Origin: Actinomycetota bacterium
Lineage (GTDB): Bacteria; Actinomycetota; Thermoleophilia; Solirubrobacterales; 70-9
Assembly (NCBI GenBank): GCA_046730395.1
Contig: JBKPIV010000009.1
Location: 9,114 to 73,113 of the forward strand
Length of the DNA stretch: 64,000 nucleotides
Direction of reading: 5' to 3'
The notes beneath the pieces were generated by a model. It worked only from the letters and a program-made list of their open reading frames with translations. It made no database searches and was not told the DNA's origin. Below are positions 26,752 through 35,830 of this stretch, piece by piece (position 1 is the stretch's first letter; the number at the start of each line of letters is the position of its first letter). Made by a program: the position numbers and the translations under genes.

Positions 26752-28929
26752 ATGACCGCGATGGAGCGCCTCGGACACTTCGTGGTCCATCACCGGCGGC
26801 TGGTGATCCTCGGCTGGATCGGGTTGACGATCTTCGGGATCATCGGCGCCGGACGAATCGGCGATCGCTGGCAGCAGAACTTCTCGATCCCCGGCTACTC
26901 CGCCTACGAGGCGAACCAGCGGGCGCTTCGGACGTTCGGTACCGGCGAAGCGCTTCCCCTTGTCGCGGTCTTTCACTCCAACGGCGATGTCACGAAGCAC
27001 AATGGGATCAGCAACGCGATCCAGGCCGCCGCCGCTCAAGCGCCCGGCTCGCGAACGAGCTCCTACTTTCAGACCGGCAGCGATGCATACGTCTCCGCGG
27101 ATCGGCATACGACGTTCGCCGAGATCTATCCGGCGGGGGTGCCGCAGTTCAGCACCCCCGCCTACATCTCGAAGGCCCGGGCCGCGCTGAGAGAGGCGAC
27201 GCCCGCGGGTACGACGTCGCACCTGACCGGAATCGACGCGCTGTATGCCGACCAGGGCGGCGACAACGGCCCCAGCCTCGCGGTCGAGATCCTCATCGGC
27301 GGCGTCGGCGCGCTCCTGATCCTGCTGCTCGTCTTCGGCACCCTCCCGGCGGTGTTGATGCCGATCGTGATCGCGGCGACCTCGATCCTGACCACGTTCG
27401 GCATCGTCTGGCTGGTCACCTACCTCACTGACGTCTCGATCATCGTCCAGTTCCTGATCGCGCTCGTTGGTCTCGGGGTCGCGATCGACTACGCGCTGTT
27501 GATGATCTTCCGCTTCCGTGAGGAGCTGGCGAAGGGGGAGCCGGTCGAGGAGGCGATCGCGCAGACCATGCGGCGAGCGGGCCGCTCCGTGGTCGTCTCC
27601 GGGTCCACCGTGGCGATCGGGCTGTTGAGCCTCATCATCCTCCCGCTGCCGTTCATCCGCGCAATCGGCATCGGGGGGATGCTGATCCCGGCGGTGTCGG
27701 TAATGGCGTCCATCACGCTGCTGCCCGCGCTCCTTTCGCTCCTCGGTCCCCGCATCAACAGCATTCGCCTGTTGCCGAAGCGATTCCACGCGGGTGAGTA
27801 CGTCGACGAGGGCTTCTGGGGCCGCTGGTCGTCCCTCGTGTTGCGGCGTCCGGTGCTAATCGCCGGGATCGGCCTGGCGATCGTCGCGCTCCTGATGATT
27901 CCGGCCACCAAGCTGAATCCAGCGCAGGCGCAGGCCAAGGACTTCCCCGGAAGCGGCGACGCGTTCGCGGGTCGCAACGCCCTCTATGCCGCCGGGATCA
28001 GCGGCGGCGTGCTCGAGCCGTACGTGGTCCTGGTCGAGAACGGTCCGAGCCAGCGCGATCTGGGTGTCCTCGTCACGCGCCTCGACCGCACGCTGGGCAT
28101 CAGCGCCGCGGCGGCCCCCCCGGGCAGCGGCTGGCGCCGCGACAAGGAAGCGCTGGTCGAGGCGTTCTCCAGCACGGACGCCGAGAGCAAGACCTCACGC
28201 GCGACCATCTCCGAGCTCAAGGACACCGTGCTTCCCGGCGTCCAGGGTCGGGTGGACCGCGGCGTGAAGATGACCCTGGGCGGGGCCGCGCCCGAGAATC
28301 GCGACTTCGTGCACGCCGTCTACGGGCACTTCCCGTACGTGCTCGCGTTCGTCGTGGCGCTCACGTTCTTGCTGCTCGCCCGCGCGTTCCGCTCGCTGCT
28401 CCTGCCGCTCAAGGCCGTGATCCTGAACCTGATCTCGCTGGCGGCGGCCTATGGAATCGTCGTCTTCATCTTCCAGGAGGGGCACGGCTCGGAGGCGATC
28501 TGGAACGTCGCACCCACGCAGGCGATCATCTCGTGGATCCCGCTGATGATCTTCGCCTTCCTGTTCGGCCTCTCGATGGACTACGAGGTCTTCATGCTCA
28601 CCCGGATGCGCGAGGCCTACGACCAAACGGGTTCCACGAACCAGGCGGTGAAGCTCGGCCTGATGCGTACCGGCAAGCTCGTCACGAGCGCCGCTCTGGT
28701 GCTCATGTTCGCCTTCTTCTCGCTCTCGACCGGCCCGGGCGACGACATCAAGCAGTTCGGGATCGGCCTCGCTGCGGGGATCATCTTCGACGCCACCGTG
28801 ATCCGTGCGCTTCTCGTGCCGTCGATCATGTGCCTGCTCGGGCGCTGGAACTGGTGGCTTCCTCGCGGCATGGCGCGCGTCCTGCGGGTGGCGCCCTCGA
28901 GCCCGGTCCCCGAGTCCGCCGGCCCCTAG
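26752..28929 (+). CDS. MMPL-family (RND superfamily) membrane transporter
   Basis: A 725-aa protein with duplicated 6-TMS modules that have large extracytoplasmic loops. Typical MMPL segments are present (DYALLMIFRFREEL; GLSMDYEVFMLTRMRE). Confidence 0.85.
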   Translation: MTAMERLGHFVVHHRRLVILGWIGLTIFGIIGAGRIGDRWQQNFSIPGYSAYEANQRALRTFGTGEALPLVAVFHSNGDVTKHNGISNAIQAAAAQAPGSRTSSYFQTGSDAYVSADRHTTFAEIYPAGVPQFSTPAYISKARAALREATPAGTTSHLTGIDALYADQGGDNGPSLAVEILIGGVGALLILLLVFGTLPAVLMPIVIAATSILTTFGIVWLVTYLTDVSIIVQFLIALVGLGVAIDYALLMIFRFREELAKGEPVEEAIAQTMRRAGRSVVVSGSTVAIGLLSLIILPLPFIRAIGIGGMLIPAVSVMASITLLPALLSLLGPRINSIRLLPKRFHAGEYVDEGFWGRWSSLVLRRPVLIAGIGLAIVALLMIPATKLNPAQAQAKDFPGSGDAFAGRNALYAAGISGGVLEPYVVLVENGPSQRDLGVLVTRLDRTLGISAAAAPPGSGWRRDKEALVEAFSSTDAESKTSRATISELKDTVLPGVQGRVDRGVKMTLGGAAPENRDFVHAVYGHFPYVLAFVVALTFLLLARAFRSLLLPLKAVILNLISLAAAYGIVVFIFQEGHGSEAIWNVAPTQAIISWIPLMIFAFLFGLSMDYEVFMLTRMREAYDQTGSTNQAVKLGLMRTGKLVTSAALVLMFAFFSLSTGPGDDIKQFGIGLAAGIIFDATVIRALLVPSIMCLLGRWNWWLPRGMARVLRVAPSSPVPESAGP

Positions 28930-28930
28930 A

Positions 28931-29894
28931 TCAGCCGGCCGGCGTGGCTTCGAGGCGCCACACGGGCACCTCGCCGATGCCTTTGAGCGACTTCCGCCCG
29001 CCGCGCTCGAGCTTGAGCTCGCCGCACCCATCCACGGCCTCGCGAAATCGTTCGTCCACCAGCACCACTCCCGGATCGGCGCGCTCGACGAGCCTGCTCG
29101 CGAGGTTGACCGCCACCCCGAAGTAGTCGCCCGCGCGCGCCACGAGCGGCCCGAACGCCAGCCCCGGGCAGGCTCCGGCGGCGGCAGGCGCCGATGACCT
29201 CCGCGACCGCCCGCGCCGCCTCGATCGCCGCGGGGCAGACGAACATCGCCTCATCGCCGATCAGCTTCACCCCACCGGCCTCGGTGACGACGTCCCACGC
29301 GAGCGACTCGAACCGGTTGAGCAACGCGCCGAAGTCCTCCGGGTCGAGCCCGCTGCTGGTGCTGGTGAACTCGACGAACCCGACGGCGAGCATCGGCTGG
29401 CCGCCGGGATCCACCGTGGCGCGCCGTCGGAGCGCGTCGTCCAGGCGGCGACGAAGCCCGTAGTGGAGGAGCCAACCCAGATCCGATTGCTGGATCCCGC
29501 GCTCGAACGCCTGCTCGATGGCCTGCGAGCGAAGCCCGTAGCGCTGCAGCTCAGGCAGCGACTCGACCTGCGCCTCGCTGATCGGCGCCAGATAGACGCT
29601 GATGCTGCGAGCCTCACGGACGATGAGGTCGATGGCGGCGCGGCGATCGTCTCCGCGCAGGCGCTCCAGCCCCTCGGCCGCGATCTCGAGAGCGCGGAGG
29701 TCGTCGTCCGTGTACGCGGGCTCGTCGGGGGGCACGTCCGGAAAGCCCAGCGCTCGCCACAGCGGATCGGCCACCTCGTGAGGGACCCCGGCGCGCCGGC
29801 AGAGCTCCGGCCAGCTCAGGTACCGCTCGCCGAGTCGGACCAGCCGCTCGGCCGCGTCCGGAAGCTGCTCGGGGCTGTCGTCGATCTCGCGCAC
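28931..29894 (-). pseudogene. Class III adenylate/guanylate cyclase with an N-terminal helical domain, frame-disrupted
   Basis: The catalytic domain is split over two frames. ...VGFVEFTSTSS...KLIGDEAMFV...AVAEVIGA is in ORF 28926..29894. ...GLAFGPLVARAGDYFGVAVNLASRL...LKGIGEVPVWRLE is in ORF 28931..29254. The switch maps to about 29165-29200. Confidence 0.6.
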
Positions 29895-29950
29895 GTTCAG
29901 TGGGCAACGTAGCCGCTTCGAGGCGCCCGTCCACCCGAACTCCCGGCAGA

Positions 29951-31051
29951 ATGGTCAGCGTGACGATCACCTTTGCGCACAAGCTTGAGCGCCTGCCGCA
30001 CTACGAGGCTGGGATGCACGAGGACGCCGCGCGCGAGAGGTTCGGGTCCGACGAGATCATCAAGCTCGCCTCGAATGAGTCGCCGTGGGGCCCGCACCCC
30101 GCGGTAGCGGAGGCGGTGGGTCGCGCCGCGCGAGGGCTGAACCGCTACCCGGACCAGCACGCGCGCCGCCTTCGCCGCCGCATCGCGGAGCGATTCGACA
30201 CCGATCCGGCGCGGGTGGCGGTGGGAAACGGGTCCTGCGAGCTCCTGCTCGCGGCCGCCGAGGCCCTCTGCGACCCGGGCGACGAGGTCGTCCTCGCCTG
30301 GCCCTCGTTCTCGATCTACCCCCACCTGGCCGCGCTCTCCGGCGCCCGCGAGATCCGGGTGCCGCTCGGTGAGGGCTACGTGCACGAGCTCGACGCGATG
30401 CTGGCGGAGATCACCGCCGCGACCCAGCTCGTGTGCGTCTGCAACCCCAACAACCCCACGGGCACCCACCTGCCGGCCGCCCGGATCGGCGAGTTCCTGG
30501 AAGGCGTGCCCGACCACGTCACGGTCGCGCTCGACGAGGCCTACGTCGAGTTCCAGGTCGACGACGACCCGGATGCCACATTCGACCTGCTGGCCGAGTT
30601 CCCGAACCTGGTCGTGCTGCGCACGTTCAGCAAGGTCTACGGTCTGGCCGGACTTCGGATCGGCTACGCGCTGTGCGGCGCCCGGTTCCGGGCCGCCGTC
30701 GACGCGGTCCGCCAGCCGTTCAGCGTCAACGAGCTGGCGCAGGTCGCCGCCGCCGAGGCCATCTTGCATCAAGACGACGTCACCCAGCGCGTCGAGCGCA
30801 CGATCGTCGAGCGGATCTTCGTCGAGGAGGGGTTGCGCGACCTGGGGCTGGAGCCCGCCGATTCGCAGGCGAACTTCTCCTGGGTCCCGCTGGGCGACAG
30901 GGACGAGGTCGAGGTGATCGACCGGCTCGGCGAGCAGGGGATCGTGGTCCGCGGCGGCGAGGGGCTGGGGGGCCCGGGCCATATCCGCGTCACCTATGGG
31001 ACGCGTCCGGAGAACCATCGCTTCCTCGAGGCGCTCGCGGCGGCCCTCTGA
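29951..31051 (+). CDS. hisC: Histidinol-phosphate/aromatic aminotransferase (class II PLP aminotransferase)
   Basis: KLASNESPWGP, NPNNPTG, and the PLP lysine motif RTFSKVYGLAGLRIGY. It lies at the head of the aromatic biosynthesis block, so it may act as an aromatic aminotransferase. Confidence 0.8.
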   Translation: MVSVTITFAHKLERLPHYEAGMHEDAARERFGSDEIIKLASNESPWGPHPAVAEAVGRAARGLNRYPDQHARRLRRRIAERFDTDPARVAVGNGSCELLLAAAEALCDPGDEVVLAWPSFSIYPHLAALSGAREIRVPLGEGYVHELDAMLAEITAATQLVCVCNPNNPTGTHLPAARIGEFLEGVPDHVTVALDEAYVEFQVDDDPDATFDLLAEFPNLVVLRTFSKVYGLAGLRIGYALCGARFRAAVDAVRQPFSVNELAQVAAAEAILHQDDVTQRVERTIVERIFVEEGLRDLGLEPADSQANFSWVPLGDRDEVEVIDRLGEQGIVVRGGEGLGGPGHIRVTYGTRPENHRFLEALAAAL

Positions 31052-31060
31052 TCACCGAGT

Positions 31061-31089
31061 TTGCGGAATCGGCCGGCGCCTGCTACAAC
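31061..31089 (+). promoter_or_regulatory. Candidate promoter (TTGCGG-17 nt-TACAAC) positioned for a leaderless transcript starting at ATG 31097
   Basis: A -35-like TTGCGG at 31061-31066, an exact 17-nt spacer, and a -10-like TACAAC at 31084-31089 that ends 7 nt before ATG 31097. Confidence 0.3.
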
Positions 31090-31096
31090 CCCGGCA

Positions 31097-31186
31097 ATGA
31101 GTTGCCGAAGCACGCAGGCTCTCCACACCGTCCCGCAGGGGCTGCGCCCGCGTGCCCGCGTCTTTTACTACTGGCGATTTAGCTAG
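31097..31186 (+). CDS. Candidate 29-codon leader peptide MSCRSTQALHTVPQGLRPRARVFYYWRFS (aromatic-codon cluster)
   Basis: I translated this by hand; it is too short for the supplied ORF track. Five of the last seven codons are Phe/Tyr/Trp (ttt tac tac tgg cga ttt). It lies 137 nt upstream of the DAHP synthase gene. Confidence 0.4.
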   Translation: MSCRSTQALHTVPQGLRPRARVFYYWRFS

Positions 31187-31239
31187 GCGTCCGGCCGCGG
31201 CTGCCTGAGCCGTACCGCAGAAGAACTCAGCCGGACGCC
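31186..31239 (+). promoter_or_regulatory. Perfect 10-bp GC-rich stem-loop starting at the last base of the leader ORF stop codon
   Basis: GGCGTCCGGC (31186-31195) pairs perfectly with GCCGGACGCC (31230-31239), leaving a 34-nt loop. Confidence 0.4.
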
Positions 31240-31322
31240 GTAGAAGCGCCTCGTTTGGGCGCCACGCTGCATCCGACTCGCGAACTTCGACGAACGATGA
31301 GACTGAAAGGCAAAGCAAGACC

Positions 31323-32348
31323 ATGATGATCGTGATGAAAGAGGGGGCGACCGAGGAGCAGATTCGCTCGGTCGTCAAGCGGGTCGAAGGGCTCGGCTGC
31401 TCCGCCCACGTCTCGCAGGGCGAGGTGCTGACGGTGATCGGGGCGATCGGCGACCGCGACCGGGTCGCGGCACTCGGGCTCGAGGGCGCGCCGGGCGTCG
31501 ACCACTTGGTGCCGATCCTGAAGCCCTACAAGCTCGCCTCGGCGCAGTTCCGCAAGGGCGAGCGCACCGTGATCGAGGTGGACGGCCGCAGGGTCGGGGG
31601 CGATGCCTTCGCGCTGATCGCCGGCCCCTGCACGGTCGAGAGCCGAAAGCAGACGCTCGAGGTGGCGCAGGTGGTGGCGGAGAACGGGGGCTCGATGCTG
31701 CGAGGGGGCGCGTACAAGCCGCGCACCTCGCCGTACTCCTTCCAGGGCCTCGGCGCCGAGGGCCTCCGGTTCCTCCAAGAGGCCAAGGAGCAGACGGGGC
31801 TGCCGGTGGTTACCGAGCTGATGGACGTTCGCGACGTCGCCGACGTGGTCGAGGTCGCCGATGTGATCCAGGTCGGCGCTCGCAACATGCAGAACTATGT
31901 GCTGCTCTCGGAGGTGGGACGGGCCGGCCTTCCCGTGCTCCTGAAGCGAGGGCTGTCCGCGACGCTCGAGGAGCTCTTGATGGCGGCCGAGTACGTGCTC
32001 AAGGAGGGGAACGAAAACGTGATGCTGTGCGAGCGCGGCATCAGGACCTTCGAGAGCTCCTACCGGTTCACCCTCGACCTCCTCGCGGTGCCCGCGCTCC
32101 GCGAGCTCACCCACCTCCCGGTGATCGTCGATCCCAGCCACGCGGCGGGGAGGCGGGACTGGGTGCAGCCGATGTCCCTCGCCGCGGTGGCGGCCGGCGC
32201 CGACGGGATCATCGTCGAGGTGCACAACGAGCCGGAGGAGGCGATCTGCGACGGGCCTCAGGCAGTACCGACGGAGGCGTTCGCCGCGTACGCGGACCAG
32301 CTCCAGCGGGTGGCCGAGGTAGCGGGCAAGGTGCTGAGCACCGTTTAG
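31323..32348 (+). CDS. aroF: 3-deoxy-7-phosphoheptulonate (DAHP) synthase, type I-beta, with an N-terminal ferredoxin-like regulatory domain
   Basis: An N-terminal [13 protein letters not shown]...[10 protein letters not shown] regulatory domain, then the catalytic IAGPCTVES...[18 protein letters not shown]. Confidence 0.9.
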   Translation: MMIVMKEGATEEQIRSVVKRVEGLGCSAHVSQGEVLTVIGAIGDRDRVAALGLEGAPGVDHLVPILKPYKLASAQFRKGERTVIEVDGRRVGGDAFALIAGPCTVESRKQTLEVAQVVAENGGSMLRGGAYKPRTSPYSFQGLGAEGLRFLQEAKEQTGLPVVTELMDVRDVADVVEVADVIQVGARNMQNYVLLSEVGRAGLPVLLKRGLSATLEELLMAAEYVLKEGNENVMLCERGIRTFESSYRFTLDLLAVPALRELTHLPVIVDPSHAAGRRDWVQPMSLAAVAAGADGIIVEVHNEPEEAICDGPQAVPTEAFAAYADQLQRVAEVAGKVLSTV

Positions 32349-32358
32349 GTTCGCGAGC

Positions 32359-33444
32359 GTGCGGATCGCTGTCCTCGGCGTCGGGCTGATCGGAGGCTCG
32401 ATCGGGCTGGCGGCGAGGCGGCGGCTCGACGCCGAGGTGGTCGGCTTCGACGCCGATCGCGAGAACGCCGAGCGGGGCCGCGAACTGGGGGCGCTCGACG
32501 CGGTTGCCGGCGGGGTCGGGGAGGCCGTCGACGGCGCAAAGATCGTCTTCTGCGCGGCGCCCGTGCGGGCCCTGCCGGCGCTGGTCGCCGAGGCGCTCGC
32601 GAAGAGCTGCGGCGACGCGGTGGTCACCGACGTCGGCTCGACCAAGCGCGAGCTGATCGAGAGCCTGTCCGAGAGCGAAGCGCTCGAGCGGTTCACCGGC
32701 GGTCACCCGCTGGCCGGGGCGGAGACGGCCGGGGTCGCGAACGCGAGGGCCGACCTGCTCGAGGGAGCGCGGTGGTACCTGACCCCGACGCGCCGCTCGA
32801 GCGGGCTTCTCTACGACCGCCTGCAGCGCGCGATCGCGGACCTCGGCGCCCGTCCGCAGGCCATCGACGCCGAGAGCCACGACCGCCTGATGGCGACCGT
32901 GAGCCACGTCCCGCACGTGGTCGCCAACGTCCTCGTCCGCCAGGCGGCGGCAGCCGCCGCCGAGGAGTCCGAGCGCCTGCCCGAGGTCGGCCCGAGCTTT
33001 CGCGACACGACCCGCGTCGCGGGCGCCAACCCGGCGGTCTGGGGAGACATCTTCGCCTCCAATCGGGAGACCGTCGCGAGCGAGGTCGAGGCCGTCTCGC
33101 GCCGGCTCCGGGAGGCGGCGGAGCTGATTCGCTCCGGCGACGCCGACAGGGTCGCCGCCTGGCACGGCGCCGCCCGCGATGCCCGGCGCCGCCTCCTGGA
33201 ATCCGAGCTCGTGGGCGGGGAGCTCTACGAGCTCCGGGTCGCCGTGGAGAACCGGCCCGGGACAGTGGCGGAGATCGCCCTCGCGCTGGGCCGCGCCGGG
33301 GTCAACATCGAGGACATGGCGCTCTATCCCGCGCCCGACATGCGGACCGGAGCCGTCTCGCTGTGGGTGGCGGGCGATGCCGAGGCCGCGCGGGCGGCCG
33401 AGATCGTCCGCGGGATGGGGCATTCCGCCTCGATCTCGGAGTGA
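32359..33444 (+). CDS. tyrA: Prephenate dehydrogenase with a C-terminal ACT domain
   Basis: N-terminal Rossmann motif IAVLGVGLIGGSIG, the HPLAG motif, and a C-terminal ACT-like segment (LRVAVENRPGTVAEIALALGRAGVNIEDM). Confidence 0.85.
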   Translation: MRIAVLGVGLIGGSIGLAARRRLDAEVVGFDADRENAERGRELGALDAVAGGVGEAVDGAKIVFCAAPVRALPALVAEALAKSCGDAVVTDVGSTKRELIESLSESEALERFTGGHPLAGAETAGVANARADLLEGARWYLTPTRRSSGLLYDRLQRAIADLGARPQAIDAESHDRLMATVSHVPHVVANVLVRQAAAAAAEESERLPEVGPSFRDTTRVAGANPAVWGDIFASNRETVASEVEAVSRRLREAAELIRSGDADRVAAWHGAARDARRRLLESELVGGELYELRVAVENRPGTVAEIALALGRAGVNIEDMALYPAPDMRTGAVSLWVAGDAEAARAAEIVRGMGHSASISE

Positions 33445-33448
33445 GCCG

Positions 33449-34825
33449 GTGACTCGGTTCGTCCCAGCCGGGCCGCTTCGCGGCGCGCTTCGGCCGCCGC
33501 CCGACAAGTCGATCAGCCACCGGGCGGCGCTGGTCGCGGGGATGGGGGAGGGGGAGACGGCGATCGAGGGGTATCTGGACGCGGCTGACACCCGCGCGAC
33601 GCTTCGGGCCATACAGCGGCTGGGTGCGGAGGTGGTGATCCTCGATGGACCGAGGGACGAAAAACGCCGACATGGTGGACGAAATTCGCCCGCGGGCGGA
33701 ATCGACCTAAGGGTGCACGGCGTCGGCCTCCGCGGCCCCCTACCCAGCGACATCGAGGTCGGCAATGCGGGGACGCTCCTGCGGATACTGCCCGGCTGGC
33801 TGGCGGGACAGGGCGGGGGAAGCTGGACCCTCGACGGTGACGACTCGATCCGCCGGCGCCCCGTCGACCGCATCGCCGAGCCGCTGGTGAGAATGGGGGC
33901 CGAGGTCTCATGCCGCGACGGCCGGCTCCCGCCGATCCGGGTCGAAGGGGCGGCGCTCCGGGGTATCGACTACGAGCTGCCCGTGGCGAGCGCCCAGGTG
34001 AAGTCGTGCGTGCTGCTCGCCGGCCTCCTCGCCGACGGGCGCACGACGGTCGTCGAGCGCCAGCCGACCCGCGATCACACGGAGCGCATGCTCCGCGCCG
34101 CCGGGGCCCGGGTGAGGATCGAGGACGTCGGTACGCCGATCGCGATCCGCGGCGTGCTCCCCGCGCGCAGGGTGATCGTGGACCCGGCGGCGAGGCTCGA
34201 GCCGGGCAGGATCGCGGTTCCCGGGGACTTCTCATCGGCGGCCTTCTTCCTCGTCGCCGCCCTGCTCGTGTCCGGGAGCGAGGTGCGGCTCGAGGGAGTG
34301 GGGATCAATCCGGGACGGATCGGGCTGCTCGGGATCCTGACCCGGATGGGAGCGTCGATCGAGGTGATCGAGACCGCTCCCGCGAGCCCGGAGCCGGTGG
34401 CGACGATCACCGCCCGCTCGAGCGTCCTTGCGGCGACCCGCGTCGGTGGCGGCGAGGTGCCGCTGGCGATCGACGAGCTGCCCTTGCTGGCGCTGGCGGC
34501 GTGCCTCGCGGAGGGGGAGACGGTGCTGTCGGGAGCGCGCGAGCTTCGTCACAAGGAGTCGGATCGGATCGCGACCGTGGTCGAGGGCCTCAGGTCACTC
34601 GGCGGGGATGTCGAGGCGCGCGAGGATGGCTTCGCCGTGCGGGGGAGCGGGGACATCCGGGGCGGGCGGCTCGATGCGGCCGGCGACCACCGCCTCGCGA
34701 TGCTCGGCGCGATCGCCGGCCTCGCCTCCCGCGAGGGCGTCGAGGTGGTCGGGATGGAGTCGGCCGCCGTCAGCTACCCGAGCTTCGAGTCCGATCTGGC
34801 CTCGCTGGTGGAAGGGGGGCGCTAG
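33449..34825 (+). CDS. aroA: 3-phosphoshikimate 1-carboxyvinyltransferase (EPSP synthase)
   Basis: PPDKSISHRAAL, GNAGTLLR, and KESDRIA motifs. GTG 33449 lies just after the tyrA stop. Confidence 0.9.
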   Translation: MTRFVPAGPLRGALRPPPDKSISHRAALVAGMGEGETAIEGYLDAADTRATLRAIQRLGAEVVILDGPRDEKRRHGGRNSPAGGIDLRVHGVGLRGPLPSDIEVGNAGTLLRILPGWLAGQGGGSWTLDGDDSIRRRPVDRIAEPLVRMGAEVSCRDGRLPPIRVEGAALRGIDYELPVASAQVKSCVLLAGLLADGRTTVVERQPTRDHTERMLRAAGARVRIEDVGTPIAIRGVLPARRVIVDPAARLEPGRIAVPGDFSSAAFFLVAALLVSGSEVRLEGVGINPGRIGLLGILTRMGASIEVIETAPASPEPVATITARSSVLAATRVGGGEVPLAIDELPLLALAACLAEGETVLSGARELRHKESDRIATVVEGLRSLGGDVEAREDGFAVRGSGDIRGGRLDAAGDHRLAMLGAIAGLASREGVEVVGMESAAVSYPSFESDLASLVEGGR

Positions 34826-34876
34826 CGTCGGCCCCGGGGCCTGCGCTCGCCACGCGCTAGCGGTAGCTTCGCCTGC

Positions 34877-35830
34877 GTGGCCGACGACGCTGCACCGCTT
34901 CGCTTCCACGACGGGACGCTTTACGTGCTCGACCAGCGTCGCCTACCCGGCGAGGAGGCCTGGGTGCGGTGCCGAAGCGTCGAGCAGGTGGCCGACTGCA
35001 TTCGCACGATGGCGGTCCGCGGGGCGCCCGCGATCGGCCTCGCGGCCGCCTACGGGATGGCGCTGGCGGCGCGGGCGGGCGAGGATCTCGAGACCGCCGG
35101 GGCGCTTCTTCGCCGGACGCGGCCGACCGCGGCCAACCTCGCCTGGGCGGTGGAGCAGGCGAGCGCCGCCGACGACCCCCTGGCGCTGGCCGAGCGGCTT
35201 CACCGCGAGCAAACGGAGGCGGATCGCCGGCTGTCCGAGCTCGGGGCCGAGCGCTTCGTACAGGGCGATCGCGCGCTCACCCACTGCAACACCGGCCCGC
35301 TCGCGACCGGCGGCTTCGGCACCGCGGGCGGGGTGCTCCGCGCCGCCTGGCGGCGGGGCCGGCTGGCGCAGGTCTGGGTGGACGAGACGCGACCCCGTCT
35401 CCAGGGCGCCCGGCTGACCGCGTGGGAGCTGCGCCGCGCCGGGATCCCGTTCAGGGTGATCGCCGACGCGGCGGCGGGTGGCCTGATCGCCCGGGGGCTG
35501 GTGGATCGCGTCATCGTCGGAGCCGACCGGATCGCCGCGAACGGGGACCTCGCGAACAAGGTCGGGACGTACCCGCTGGCCGTGCTCGCCGCCCGCCACG
35601 GCGTCCCCTTCTACGTCGCGGCGCCGGTTTCGACGATCGATCCGCACACGCCGAACGGCGATGGGATCCCGATCGAGGAGCGCGACCCGGCGGAGGTGAC
35701 CGCCTCGAGCGAAGCGCTCAATCCGGCGTTCGACATCACCCCGGCCGAGCTGATCAACGTCATGTTCACCGAGAAGGGGGTGCTCGAGCCGCCCTACGAG
35801 GAGTCGATCGCGCGTGTCGCTTCGGGCTGA
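34877..35830 (+). CDS. mtnA: S-methyl-5-thioribose-1-phosphate isomerase (eIF-2B alpha/beta/delta family)
   Basis: LYVLDQRRLP, MAVRGAPAIG, CNTGPLAT, and GADRIAANGD motifs. Confidence 0.85.
   Translation: MADDAAPLRFHDGTLYVLDQRRLPGEEAWVRCRSVEQVADCIRTMAVRGAPAIGLAAAYGMALAARAGEDLETAGALLRRTRPTAANLAWAVEQASAADDPLALAERLHREQTEADRRLSELGAERFVQGDRALTHCNTGPLATGGFGTAGGVLRAAWRRGRLAQVWVDETRPRLQGARLTAWELRRAGIPFRVIADAAAGGLIARGLVDRVIVGADRIAANGDLANKVGTYPLAVLAARHGVPFYVAAPVSTIDPHTPNGDGIPIEERDPAEVTASSEALNPAFDITPAELINVMFTEKGVLEPPYEESIARVASG

Noticed and set aside
31052-31322. A T-box leader or other known riboswitch upstream of the DAHP synthase gene, and the minus-strand ORF 31052..31378.
   Set aside because: I saw no conserved T-box sequence (AGGGUGGNACCGCG-like) and no specifier-loop architecture. 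The minus-strand ORF would overlap the aroF start and has poor codon usage. The leader-peptide interpretation fits better.
33600-33720. A lower-GC patch and an apparent ~12-aa insertion (DGPRDEKRRHGGRNSPAGG) in EPSP synthase, considered as a possible mobile insertion.
   Set aside because: It is in frame and short, lies in a surface loop that is variable among AroA proteins, and carries no intein or IS signatures.
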